Under the pieces are notes generated by a model. That model had not been told where the DNA came from. It worked only from the letters and a program-made list of their open reading frames with translations, and made no database searches. 64,000 nucleotides of DNA from Camelus dromedarius (lineage: Eukaryota), in contig NC_087437.1 in NCBI RefSeq assembly GCF_036321535.1, positions 61,940,001 through 62,004,000 of the forward strand, given 5' to 3'. The position numbers were made by a program, and so were the translations under genes. This document shows, piece after piece, positions 12,326 to 24,360 of the stretch (position 1 is the stretch's first letter; every line of letters begins with the position of its first letter).

Positions 12326-12415
12326 GTATGCATCTTCTATTGATGATATTTTGGAAGATGAAGAACATTATGCAGATCAGTTAAAGGAGTATCTTTTTTA
12401 TGCAGAAGCACTGCG
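12326..12415 (+). CDS. SNX4: Sorting nexin 4 exon (YASSIDDILEDEEHYADQLKEYLFYAEAL-R)
   Basis: aacag| acceptor, CG|gtaagt donor; 90 nt, phase 2 to 2. Confidence 0.97.
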
Positions 12416-12827
12416 GTAAGTATAATGAATGTCTCAGACGCAGCCCTGTGGCTGGTCACCACTCCCTTCATATGCTGCTCTAAAATAAAGATAGTAAGGT
12501 GATTTTTAAATGAGTTCATTCCTCCAGATGTTGAATGAGGTCTCATTGTGTCCCTGTGTATTGAAAAGTGCTAGAGATAGAAATTTAAGAAGAACCCTGT
12601 GTTTGAAGCACATTGATAAAACCTGTTAATCGGGTCTGTCTGTAGATTGTTCTTTTACTTTTTCCATCTTGAAGATTGGAAGCAAAGTACAGATTGAGTG
12701 TGGGTAGTATGCTCTGTCACTAGGTTGTATATTATTTAAATTCTGTAATTTTTCCCATACCTCCATATTTTATCTCCTTAGTGAGGTTGTAAAACTTCTT
12801 AATATCAGGACTTTGTCTTCTGTTTTT

Positions 12828-13674
12828 GTGTGTATGTGTATGTGTTTTAAGTTTTTTCCATTTTAAATTTATTTATGTATTTATATCACAATATATTTTT
12901 TAAATTGAAATATAGTTGATGTACAATATTATGTTACAGGTATACAATATAGTGATTCACAAATTTTTAAAGGTTATAATCCATTTGTAATTATTATAAA
13001 ATGTTGGCTGTATTCCCCATGCTGTGCAGTACATCCTTGTAGCTTATTTTATACCTGATAGTTTGTGTCTCTTAATCCTCCACCTTCATCTTGTCCCTCC
13101 CACTTCCCTCTCCCCACTGGTAACCACTGGTTCCTTCTCTACATCTGTGAGTGTTTCTTTTCTTTTCTGTTATAGTCACTAGTTTATTGTGTTTTTTTAG
13201 ATTCCACATGTAAGTGATACCTTACAGTACTTGTCTTTCTCTGTCTGACTTACTTCACTTAGCGTAATGCCCTCCAAGTCCATTCATGCTGTACACCAGA
13301 AACTAATACAATATTTTAAATCAACTGTACTTCAATTAAAAAGCAAACAAGCAGCCAACCTATGTAAAATAAGGGTAGAAGAACTGAACAGACATTTTTC
13401 CAAAAGAGGAAATGCAGATGGCCAACAGGAACATGAAAATTTGCTCAGTATCACTAATATCAGGGAAATGCAAATCAGAATTACAATGAGACATCATCTC
13501 ACACCTGTCAGAATGGCCATAATCAAAAAGAACACAAATAACAAATGTTGGCAAGGATGTGGGGAAAAGGGAACCCTTGTACACTGTTGGTGGGAATGTA
13601 ATTTGGTGCAGCCACTGTGGAAAACAGTATATATGGAGGTTTCTCAAAAACCTAAAAATAGAACCACCATATGG
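12828..13674 (-). mobile_element. L1 with 5' inversion, 14-bp TSD
   Basis: Antisense 3' end 12828-13290; sense ORF2 segment ~13335-13672 ([15 protein letters not shown]...HCWWEC); TSD tgtcttctgttttt at 12814-12827 and 13675-13688. Confidence 0.88.
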
Positions 13675-14434
13675 TGTCTTCTGTTTTTATGGTATCTCCT
13701 GCAAAACCAAACAGAATTCTCTGGGAGATTAGTCCAGATTGGAAAAATGAATCGTTTTCCTGTCACTTTTTAAATTATTTTAAAAATTCTGTTAGTAAAA
13801 CAGAGGAGCAGTATTCCTTTAGCTGTTCAGTAGCTGATATGAAAACATCACATTGTTAGCCTTTTTCCTTCTGGAGCTTTGAGTAGTAAGAAGTTACATC
13901 AAGGTATTTTCAAGTTACCAAGTAAAGAAAGTTGCTGAACACAGTGGAATTCTCTGTTGCTCTTAAAACTTGTAGAAAAGATTAATGTGTACAGATACAG
14001 AAACATGTCTGTGGTATATAGTTAAGAAAGAAAAGGTGTAGAATCAGTGGGGGAGAGGTGTGGATATGTATATTTGTGAGTGCCTAGCTAAAGTCTGGAA
14101 GGATATACACCGTCTATTAACATGAATTATATCTAGACAGTGGGACTGGGAGAAAAAAGAGGGTTCTTGAAACTTTTATTTTGTGCATTCCTGTATTAGA
14201 GTCTTTTTTTTTTTCCAGTGAGCATGAGTTACTTTTATGATGCTAAAAACTAATAGACATTTCTAAATAAAAAAGAAGAAAGCTTTGAGGTAATATCTTT
14301 TAAAACAGTACTCAGTTATTTGAGATTATAGCATTAGTTCCTATATTATAGAAAAGAATTTTTTCAATGTATGTGATAATGGTATTTTTATTGAAAAAAA
14401 TGTTGCAAGTGTCTAGAAAACAACCTTTAAAAAA

Positions 14435-14523
14435 ATTTTTTTAATGAAGGTGTAGGGGATTGAACGAACCCAGGACCTTGTGCGTGCTAAGCACACACTC
14501 TACTACTGAGCTATACTCTGCCC
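14435..14523 (-). mobile_element. tRNA-derived camelid SINE (Vic-type)
   Basis: ggggattgaac...ccaggaccttgtgcgtgctaagca...ctgagctata is the reverse of the SINE head with A and B boxes. Confidence 0.85.
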
Positions 14524-14750
14524 TTGCAAACAATCTTTATTGTTTTAAGTATATATAAAGTTTTTATGCTTAGGTTCTGCCAGATTAAATTTTTAATGTT
14601 GGGCTACTACATTTTAAACTTGAAAATCCTGAGTATACAAGTTCTTACCATAGTAAGACATTGTGAATGCCTCCCCTTCCTCCCTCCCCCCCCAAATTAA
14701 CATGTTAATAGAGAAACCACAAAAATTAAATGGCAGCACTTTTTTTTCAG

Positions 14751-14850
14751 GGCTGTGTGCCGGAAACATGAACTTATGCAGTATGACTTGGAGATGGCTG
14801 CTCAGGACCTAGCATCCAAGAAACAGCAGTGTGAGGAACTGGCAACTGGG
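14751..14850 (+). CDS. SNX4: Sorting nexin 4 exon (AVCRKHELMQYDLEMAAQDLASKKQQCEELATG)
   Basis: tttttcag| acceptor, GGG|gtgagt donor; 100 nt, phase 2 to 0. Confidence 0.97.
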
Positions 14851-16074
14851 GTGAGTGTGCTTCCACTTAGGTCTCTGGTGTTATTATAGCAGACCTTAAA
14901 TGGAGTGGGCTGCAGGATGCTGTAGCTTTTACAGGGGAATGATTTGTAGGCGGCTTCATAATTCTTTTGGTTGTGATCTTGAAAAAAAAAATGTTAAGCC
15001 ATTAAAACATACATAGTATTATAAGAAATTTTGCTAATATTACTCTGAAGAGTCATTTCATTTTCTGATTAAGTCCTAGTGAGAAAACACTATTTTTTAG
15101 GATTGAAATAATGATCTTTGGTCAGGTTTAATTTTACCAGGTATATTATAGAAATCTTAGTTAACTTTGAAAAGCTTTTCCCTGTTAGAATCAGTGCCTC
15201 TCTTCTAACAAGGAGCTTTTTCTGTACTTTACTTTTTTTTTTGGTGGTGGAGGGGGTTGGATTTTTATTCACAGAAATACATATCCATAGACAGAGGCAG
15301 TCTCAGAAGGCAAGAGAGGCAGCCTGTGTACTTTACTCTCAATTGAATGCTTACAGTGAGTAATTGTGAAGAAAATTCCATATTTATTGTATTAGACTTA
15401 GGTCATTTTTATAATCAGCTTTCTACTGTCCAGCTATTCCATTGGAGTAAAGTAGCTGTCATGGTGAGCACACATAATATGGAAATAATGAAGCAGTGAC
15501 AGTTGCCACCATTTATAAGTCATTTCATAATCAACAAGTACTGTACTTTTAAAAGTGCTGTTGGGCTACCCACCTGCGATGTGTATGAAAAGTTATAGAT
15601 ATAGGTGGGAAAAGATCTTTGACCATGAAACAGGGAACTTGGTTCTCTACTCCTACACGTGAAGGGTAAAGTGTTTCCCTCAGTAAACTACAGAGAATGA
15701 GGAAATGTTAAAGCAGTGAAGCTTAAGGCTTGGGTTTAGACATCTTGTTTTATCAATAGATACCCAAGTTTCAGTGTGAGTTTTGCAGGTTTTTAAGTTT
15801 CTTTACTTTGGTTTATTTCCATTGTTACTTGTTGAATTTTATCTTTTTTATGTCAGAGTAATTTTTAAGAGTATGACTACTAACATAAAGAAATAACTTG
15901 CCTGTACTTCACCATGGAAGTTTTCCATGTGATGAAAAAACTCAGAACTTTTCCCTTTTTGACTCTTCCATATTTTCCAGTCTTAGAAATTGTATTAGTA
16001 GCCCCCTGGTTGTAAGGCTTATGGTGCTTCTGTTTGAGCTAGCAGAGAGATGGCTAAAGTTTCTATTTCCCTTT

Positions 16075-16475
16075 TTAAAAAAATTTTTCAGTTGTGGTAA
16101 AATGTATAGTACATAAAATTCATCATCTTAACCATTTTTAATAGTAAAGTTCAGCAGTAGTAGGTACATTTACATTGTTGTGCAACCAACCTGCAGAACT
16201 CTTTTCATCTTGCAAAACTGAAACTCTGTATGTATTAAATTTTTATCAGCTATTAGTTTCCCTCTCCACCCAGCCCCTAGCAGCCATCATTCTGTCTCTG
16301 TGAACTTCACTACTCTGGATACCTCATATAGGTAGACTCATGCAGTATTTGTCCTTTTGTGACTGGCTTATTTCATTTAGCATAATGTCCTCAAGATTCA
16401 TCTGTGGCATAGCATGTGTCAGAATTTCCTTCCTTTTTAAGGCTGAATAATACATCAGTTTATGTATGTTGTTTA
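16075..16475 (-). mobile_element. L1MB-like 3' end
   Basis: gtggtaaaat...acataaaattcatcatcttaaccattttta...tggcttatttcatttagcataatgtcctcaag...ggctgaataata. Confidence 0.85.
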
Positions 16476-16496
16476 TCTGTTTCTATTTCATTTTAG

Positions 16497-16642
16497 ACCG
16501 TGAGAACATTTTCTTTGAAGGGAATGACTACCAAGCTCTTTGGTCAAGAAACTCCAGAGCAGAGAGAAGCCAGAGTAAAGGTGCTAGAAGATCAAATAAG
16601 TGAAGGAGAACAACAGCTTAAGTCTAAAAATCTGGAAGGCAG
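16497..16642 (+). CDS. SNX4: Sorting nexin 4 exon (TVRTFSLKGMTTKLFGQETPEQREARVKVLEDQISEGEQQLKSKNLEG-R)
   Basis: ttttag| acceptor, AG|gtaaaa donor; 146 nt, phase 0 to 2. Confidence 0.97.
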
Positions 16643-16879
16643 GTAAAAATGCTGAGATGTTTAACAAAGTTAGACATGGAGGCTATGTGGCAGATTGTTT
16701 ATGACCATTCCCAGCTTCTTCAGCATCCCTGGATATAGCCTAGTCTTCCGAAATGCAGTGATTGGATTCCTAAGAAATTTTAGTCAAAACTCATGTTATA
16801 TAGAAACAACTGTTTTAGGGTGGGAGAAAGAGGAAGAAGAAAGCTTTGAGCTTCATAATATTATTCTCCTGCACTTTTC

Positions 16880-17190
16880 ATGATTTCTATCCTTTGCACA
16901 TTCCCTCTGCCCTTTCTTTTTGTGCATTAAAAGCCTGATCATTCTTCAGTGCCCGGCTCTTTTGTTACTTCCCTTGGGAAGCCTCCTCTTCTCTGCACAG
17001 GCTTTCATAGCGCTTCGTGCCCCTGTAGCATGGCACTTCTGTACTGAGTGGTTGGTTGTATGGTCTGGCTGTCCTGGGCTACATTACAAGCCCTTCAAAG
17101 TCAGTGAGTGTGTCATTTTTCATCTTTATGTCCCAACACCTGGCATAGGGCTTGGAATGTATATTTCTGGAAATTCAGTTCTCAAAGATC
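16880..17190 (+). mobile_element. L2 3' fragment
   Basis: cctttgcacatt...gggaagcct...ctttatgtcccaacacctggcatag. Confidence 0.55.
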
Positions 17191-17800
17191 TGCCGTGACT
17201 GTTGGGCTCATTTTTCTTTTTGTTGTTTTCATCTGACAGTCATTGGGTAGACCAAGGCAGACCAAGAGTGTGTCATTGATTTGGAGGTGGTTTTGTTAAT
17301 TTTTAGAACTGCAGGCATCAAGTAAGTCAAAATAAACTTTCATGAATAGAGTTAAAAAGACAAATGTCTCTCAGAATTTTTATAACTCTAGTTGTCATTT
17401 AAAGCAAGTCCATGATAAATGTGATACATAATCCATCTTGTGGAAAAGAATACATGTTTTCCAGTGACCCGAGGAAGGCAGATTCATATGGTATCTCTTA
17501 GGCTGTGAGCTGCTTCACAGAGCCATTCACATCTGTTTTATGGGAATAATCTGAAGCTGGAATTCTTGTGGCAAAAATAGAGATTATTAAAATGTAGAAA
17601 TATATATGATTGTCTGCTTTTTTTTCCCCACTATAATTTTTAGGAAGAGAAAAATAGAATTATCTTATACAAGTAATAGCTTTTCGTTCTATGTTGACAA
17701 GTAAAAACCCAACTTAAATGAGAAGTGGTGATTTGAGTTTATAATATATAGTTTACTTAATCTAAGTAAGAATAATAATGACTTTACCTTTTTATTTTAG

Positions 17801-17915
17801 AGAATTTGTCAAAAATGCTTGGGCTGATATTGAACGCTTCAAAGAACAAAAGAACCGTGATTTAAAGGAGGCCCTCATAAGCTATGCAGTCATGCAGATC
17901 AGTATGTGCAAAAAG
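17801..17915 (+). CDS. SNX4: Sorting nexin 4 penultimate exon (EFVKNAWADIERFKEQKNRDLKEALISYAVMQISMCKK)
   Basis: ttttag| acceptor, AAG|gtaggt donor; 115 nt, phase 2 to 0; embedded in ORF 17778..18023 of the track. Confidence 0.97.
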
Positions 17916-19419
17916 GTAGGTTTTGGTTTTAGTGAAGGTACACGTATATTCACAGATGCCTACGAATTTCTTAAAACCAATTTCTCTTATTTGGACCAGA
18001 GTATTCATTGTTTGCATTTTTAAAACCCATTCCTCTCCTCTTTCAGAATGTTTCCCAATTTTTCTACTTAGTTTTGAAAGAAGTGTCATAACCAAATTAT
18101 CTGTTACTGAGTCTCCACTTATCCAAAGTTCCAAATTTGTATGCCCCATTTATAACTTGTATTTGAAAATATGTACTAACAGCATTACTTTGTTTATATG
18201 ATGTTCTTGGACAGAGCAGTAAAATACCATTCCTGACAGTAATGTATACTTTGATTGGAAAATAGTTTAAACATTATTTTGGGAAAATGTGGTTATAACA
18301 TGTTTTTCTGTCAGAGTAGATCCTTTATGTAGCTGATATCTGGTATAAGATACAAACATTGAAGCTTATTCTGTTTAAAATAAATATTTTGGCAATGCTG
18401 GAAATCATTCTAAAATGGTGTTATAAGAACAAAATATGTAATATTAACTTCTTTTTTATAACCCAAGATCTAGTTGTGACCACCAGTCAATACCAGTCCT
18501 TTACATTTGTCTAACACTTCACAATTTATTGAGCCATTTAACATGTTATCTCGGTAAATCATATAGTAAGATGGATTACTGTATTTATGAAGACATTCTT
18601 AGAGGGAAAAATGACATTCATATAAACATTCTTAAGCCTTAATTTATCCAAAATGTGTACTTTCTGGCTCAGAACCATCACTTTCTCAGCCCTTTTTGAC
18701 CAGCAGTAGTAACTGTAAAGAACAAAGCTATTTTGAGATAGAAATATCAGACTCACACACTAGTCAGTGGGCCAGATTTATCGTATGCCTCAGTGAAATT
18801 GTAAGTTACTTGGTGTTGTAGATCTTTGTGTCACTTAGATCTGGTCAACCTGCAAATGCTGAATGTCCTGAAAATGGTTGCATGTCCTGAAGTTTGGGGT
18901 GTTTTTGTCTCTGCTGCTGTCGTCCTGTCAGCTCTTCTGCTTCTTCCTGTTTACAGTCTTCTTTCTAATCTGCCTTTTTAAGTCTCAGGTGGTCTGAAAG
19001 ATCAGAAAACAAAGGTTTGTAAAGTTGGTTTTGTTTTATTTTATTCCTATAAAATTCTCATTAACAAGCTCCTGTGATCTCCCATTTGCTTCTTTTCCAA
19101 AGTAGAACGTAGACTTTATATAATGGCTCGCAGGACTTTTCCCCCTACTTTGCTTAGGGTGAGATGGTTTAGGATGCTAGAAATTAATCTCTGAATAAAA
19201 AAAGATATTACTGTAGGCATGTTTGAACATATTGTTGGATGTCTTGTGCATCTACTCATGTATCCTCAGATGATAACTGTAGTAAGCAAGAGTTTACTCA
19301 CATGAGATTAATAAGGGTGTATGTTCACCTTATTTCTTGAGAATAGTCCTATAATGTTTCATCATGTTTTATTTTCTTCCCTAAGTGGAATAGATTTTTA
19401 TATTTGAGAATCTATGGTG

Positions 19420-19680
19420 CTTTTTTCTTTTTATTGTTTTTTTTTCTTACTTTTTTTTTTTTGAGTTATAGTCATTTTACAATGTTGTGTCAATTTCCAG
19501 TGTAGAGCACAATTTTTCAGTTATACATGAACATACCTATATTCATTGTCACATTCTTTTTCGCTATGAGCTACCACAAGATCCTGTATATATTTCCCTG
19601 TGCTATACAGTATAATCTTGTTCATCTATTCTACATATGCCTGTTAGTATCTACAAATTTCGAACTCCCAGTCTATCCCT
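19420..19680 (-). mobile_element. Young 5'-truncated L1 3' end
   Basis: Long poly-T then gagttatagtcattttacaatgttgtgtcaatttccag...ccctgtgctatacagta. Confidence 0.85.
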
Positions 19681-20917
19681 TTAGAAACTTAAAATTATGA
19701 GAAGTCAAGATTAGCATCAGCATATGGGTATTTATATATTTCAAGCTATTTTTATCTTTTTAAATTAAAAAAGTTAATTACCATAAAAATAACATACATG
19801 CTCATTGCAGAAAATTCAAATAAGCCAGAAGCATATTAAATAAAAATTCTCCCCCTCTTCCCCCAGATCCCTTTTTGAAAACTCATCACTGTTACAGTTT
19901 CATGTGTATCTTTTCAGACTTATTTGTACAAATACAATTATTTAGAAAATAAACACTTTCCTTTTTCTCATAAAAACAGGATTGCATCATATATGCTAGT
20001 GTGTAGTTTTGTTTTTTTTTCATTTGCTGTCCTGTGGACATCTTACTGGGACAGTGCACGTAAGATCTATGTTATCCTTTCTAGCAATGAATACTCCATT
20101 AGATACTACTTTATCCAGGCAATCTGAGACATTTTAAAGGATTTTTGCAGGGTTTGTTTCTTTTTCTTTTTGTATTCCATCAGGGAGGAAAAAAGCTAAA
20201 AAGATTACTGATTTTTTTTTCTATTGTTTGAAACCTTGAAAAATATTGACTAATGTTTAAGTATTAAAGAAAGTATTCTTCATAAATTAGCAGGTATTGG
20301 AGAATATATGTCTTGTTTATTGAAAACATACCTTTATTTCTACCACTTCCTTAGATTTTACTGTTACATTTCACAAACATGCATTCTTGTTTAAACATAT
20401 TAGGTATATTATAGCATATTAGTTTTTTGCTAATTAATCTGCCAAAACCATTGAGAGGGAGTTGATAATTTAGTACTTAATTGGTTTTTGTCAAAACATT
20501 AGTTATTAGACTAATAAACTAATAATACATTACTTTGTATTTGTTAGGATAATAAGGTTCTTTCTTTGGTTTCAAATATTATAAAATTTGGTTTATAGAG
20601 AAAATATGAATATGTCATATGAGTAAATAAGTTAGTTAGGAACCTGAAAACTCAAGTTTTTCAAAAAGAAGTTGTAGGAGTTCTTTCTCTGTTTTGAAGA
20701 TAGACTCATACAAATGATTCTATTACTTTTTTCAAAAGTATTTGACATTCACTTATATTAGCTATTGCCAGAAATAGTGTCATATTTGCTGGACTTGTTA
20801 ATTATTCCAAAATGCAAAACTTAACATACCATACCAGTAAGCCAAATACTGGCTTCCAGAATCCTTCCAAAGTCACATTTTAAAGTTTTTTTGGTTTTTG
20901 TTTGTTTGTTTTTAAAG

Positions 20918-20965
20918 GGAATTCAAGTTTGGACCAATGCTAAGGAATGCTTTAGCAAGATGTAA
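20918..20965 (+). CDS. SNX4: Sorting nexin 4 terminal coding exon (GIQVWTNAKECFSKM*)
   Basis: (gttt)n tract + taaag| acceptor (less common AAG); TAA at 20963-20965; matches the known SNX4 C-terminus. Confidence 0.96.
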   Translation, partial: GIQVWTNAKECFSKM

Positions 20966-22095
20966 TCCTGTGAAATAAATTTCTCTTCAATCAAAGTGCC
21001 CCAAAACAGAAGCACAAGTAAATTAAAAAATTTAAGTTGCTACCCAGTATACACAAAAATATATAATAAGTTGAGTAAATTTAATTTCCTTTAACTTGAT
21101 TATAGTAGTGTTAATATAGCACAAAAAGGATGTATTTTAATGAAGATTAAATATTATAATTTGAGGTTTTGGGGACTGGTGCTGATTTTGAAATGTTAAT
21201 TAGATAAATTATACCAACAAATCGTCAGGCTTCTGAACCAGTGACCAAATATCAAGATGTTAGGTAATTTCTAGATGTTTGTTTCAATGTTTGTTCAATG
21301 TTTCAGATCTGCTTATGCAGGGAGTTTTTTCCTCAGACTGGATTCTTATTTTTACTTGTTAAGACCCACTAATCTGTTATAGGTGGTTATTTTTTCTTGC
21401 CTTATAGTTGAGCTGTTTGATTTGACAAAGCTCAGCAGAAATTTAGTGTGAAATCTAAGAATTTTTCCCACATTCATTACTGCCCCTATAACATTTGCAT
21501 ACACTAGAAAATGCCTTCAACTTGTGTTTTACCTGAATTTTGATACTGGTCAAAATTTTTATACTGCCAACAAAGAAGACTCAACTTCTCAGATATATAG
21601 TGGAATACATTGTTATGATCTTGGAACTACTATATAGAAAGTTTTAAATGAGTATGTTATAGACAAGCATTAAATTCTCAAGTAATTCTTAACCTCAGTG
21701 ATGAGCCTGAATTTACTCTGCTTAGCTCTCTACACATGGCATTTCAGGGTACAAGATGTAGCATTTCATTGTATAAGATAGATGTAGTGAACATATGTGT
21801 TAGTATCTTCATTATTAACATCCTTCTTTTTTTACCGCTTGGCTGTAATTTTTGTAAAGATAAATTATATTTTTTTTTGTGCGTATTTTTGTGGTATATG
21901 TTCAGAAGCCAAGCACCCTTGGTATTTTGCTTGCTTTGCAGAACCCTACATGTGTACTCATTATTACTAATTATGTAAAAAAAGGAAATCTCCAGTACTG
22001 TTCAGCATTTGACTTTTTTATATGTTTAAAATGTTAAATTTTTGTGCTGTTTACCAAACTTATATAATAAATAAATGAAGTATTGTGTTGATTTT
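20966..22095 (+). other. SNX4: SNX4 3' UTR (approximate end)
   Basis: AT-rich sequence with no recognisable repeat between the stop codon and the tandem AATAAA at 22066-22075. Confidence 0.75.
22066..22075 (+). terminator. SNX4 polyadenylation signal (overlapping AATAAATAAA)
   Basis: Two overlapping AATAAA followed by GT/T-rich downstream sequence (tattgtgttgatttt...gatttttgttatttt). Confidence 0.75.
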
Positions 22096-23289
22096 CACAG
22101 GATTTTTGTTATTTTAACAGTGGTCTGTACCTATTATATCTGATATAATATCTGATACCCTGTGGAAAAATAATATATGCCAGTTTATGTTTTGAAGTGT
22201 TTAATTGTATAAATTTGTCTTGTGCCAAAATGTTGGTTTTTTTAAACAATAAGATGCTGAAATGATACATGATTTTTATTAGAAACAAGTCATCTGTATC
22301 GGTACACATTTCATTCCATTGAATTTTATCATCTCTTGGCTCATGAACTAAAACAGCTTTCCATTTGGCATTTAAAAATCAAAAGCCTTTTTTCCCAGCC
22401 TAACCTTAGAGTAAATGTAAAATGTGTTCGATTTTTTTTACTAGCTGACTTGATTTGAGAAGTCTATTGATTACCTATGTTTTAAAAGATGAATTAGGAA
22501 AAATATTTTATTATCTTCTCTGAAATATACAAATATTCACATGGTTGTGTGTATATTTAAGTAGGAATATCTTGACATGGATTGATTTTGAAAAAGTTTC
22601 ATTTAATAGCACAGTAATTCCTTTTAAAAAATTGTAAAGAAATTTTATGACAAATAATTTTTTATACTATCCAGAATAAGTATAAAGAAAATAATCTATA
22701 TGCATTAACCCTTTCAGTATTTAAAAATCAGAACTCAAAATGAATTTTTTAAAGGGGGGAAGTTAGATATCCAAAAAATACACAAGCAATAACTAAAGAA
22801 TGAGGACTGTCTCATTAAATACTTAGTAACAGAGGAAAATTTCACCTTGATAATGTTCTAGTGATGTAGTTGGTGTAGTCAAAGCATTAAAATTAGTTGA
22901 AGTCATACCTAACCTTCATTTACATCCAAAAACTTGGGTATGGATGAATGAGTCACTGGTAATTACAACGTAGCATCCAAAACAGGAACTGAGGGTTTTT
23001 AAAATTCAAATATCTTTAGAATAAACACATACCCAGCTTGGAATGGAATGAAAAACCAAGAGTTATGTAACAGGAATGGCAGGCTTTTTATATCCTTATA
23101 ATCAGTTTTAGATTTATATGCATATTCTCTTCCAGGGTAGAATTTACTGATTCTCCTAAAGTTTTTTCCTTAAAAATATTTAGGAATTTCATTCAAGGTT
23201 GAAGAACCCAGTGGAATAAAGTAACATGGCCAAATCAGTAGAATTGTACTAGCTTCCTAAATTAATATAGCTTTAAATATTTATGTATT

Positions 23290-24360
23290 TGAAAGGATGG
23301 AAGAGACTAGGGGGGGAAAATGAACAAATTAAATTCAAAGTAGAAGAAGTATTAAAAATAAGAGCAAAAATCAGTGATATTGAAAACAGTATAAAGTTAA
23401 CAAAGCCAGAAGCTGGTTCTTTGAGTTGGTAACTTTAATAAAGTTAAACCTCTAGCAAAACTGTATGGAAAAAGAAAAAGCACAGGTTATCCCTATCAGG
23501 GATAATCCCCAATGAAGGGGGGATGTTATAGTTCTTACAGACATTAAAAGGATAATAAGGAATATTATGGAGAACTGTAAACCCAATAAATTAGATGAAG
23601 TCACCAAATTCCTTGAAAAGTATAACTTACTAAAACTAATATGAGATGAGACCAAAAAATGGGACTAGCCTTATATCAAAGAAGTTTATTGGAAGATATA
23701 GCTCAGTGGTAGACCACATGCCTAGTATGCATGAGGTCCTGGGTTCAATCCCCAGTACCTCCATTAAAAAAATAAATAAATAAACCTAATTACTCCCCCC
23801 CCCCAAATTATTATCAGAAATACTCCTACAAAAGAACTCCAGGTTCAGATGTCTTTATTAGTGGATTCTATGAAAGATTTAAGGAAGAAAAAGTTTTAAT
23901 TCTATACATATTTTCAGAAAATAGGGAAAAGGAAATACTTTTTTTTAATGAGAAAAAAAATTTGTTAATGAGAACAAGTATCACCCTAATAACAAAACTG
24001 GCCAAAGATTTCAAGAAAAGAAAGTGGTGTATCTATATATATCATGAACATAGACGCAAAAATCATTAAACTATTAGCTAATTGAATCCCACAGTATGTA
24101 AAGAGCATAATACCTTATGACTAAGTAGCATTTATGTCAGAATGCAAGGTTGGTTTACAATTAAAAGAGTCAGTTACTATAATCTACCACGTTAACAGAA
24201 TAAAGGAAGTACTTCATGATATTTTCAATACATGCAGACAGAGCATTTGACAATGATTCAAAACTCAGCAAACTAGAAATAGAAGGGAGCTTAGTCTTAT
24301 AAAGGGCATCTGTGGAAAACCTACAGCTAACATCATACTTCATGTTGGGAAAGTTTAATC
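23290..24360 (+). mobile_element. Old L1 ORF2 fragment interrupted by a SINE
   Basis: gctggttctttgag, caaattccttgaaa, gaatgcaaggttggttt, atgcagacagagcatttgacaa. Confidence 0.8.
23690..23807 (+). mobile_element. tRNA-derived camelid SINE (Vic-type)
   Basis: tatagctcagtggtaga...gaggtcctgggttcaatccccagtacctcc + aataaataaacctaattac + C-run tail. Confidence 0.92.

Noticed and set aside
17778..18023. 81-aa ORF as a standalone gene
   Set aside because: Only 17801-17915 is the SNX4 exon; the rest is in-frame intron.
23690..23770. tRNA-like sequences (also 14435-14523, 26987-27065, 43260-43332, 52870-52945)
   Set aside because: They have A/B boxes but degenerate stems, a shared non-tRNA tail (aaacctaattac), A-rich ends and TSDs, so they are SINE copies rather than tRNA genes.
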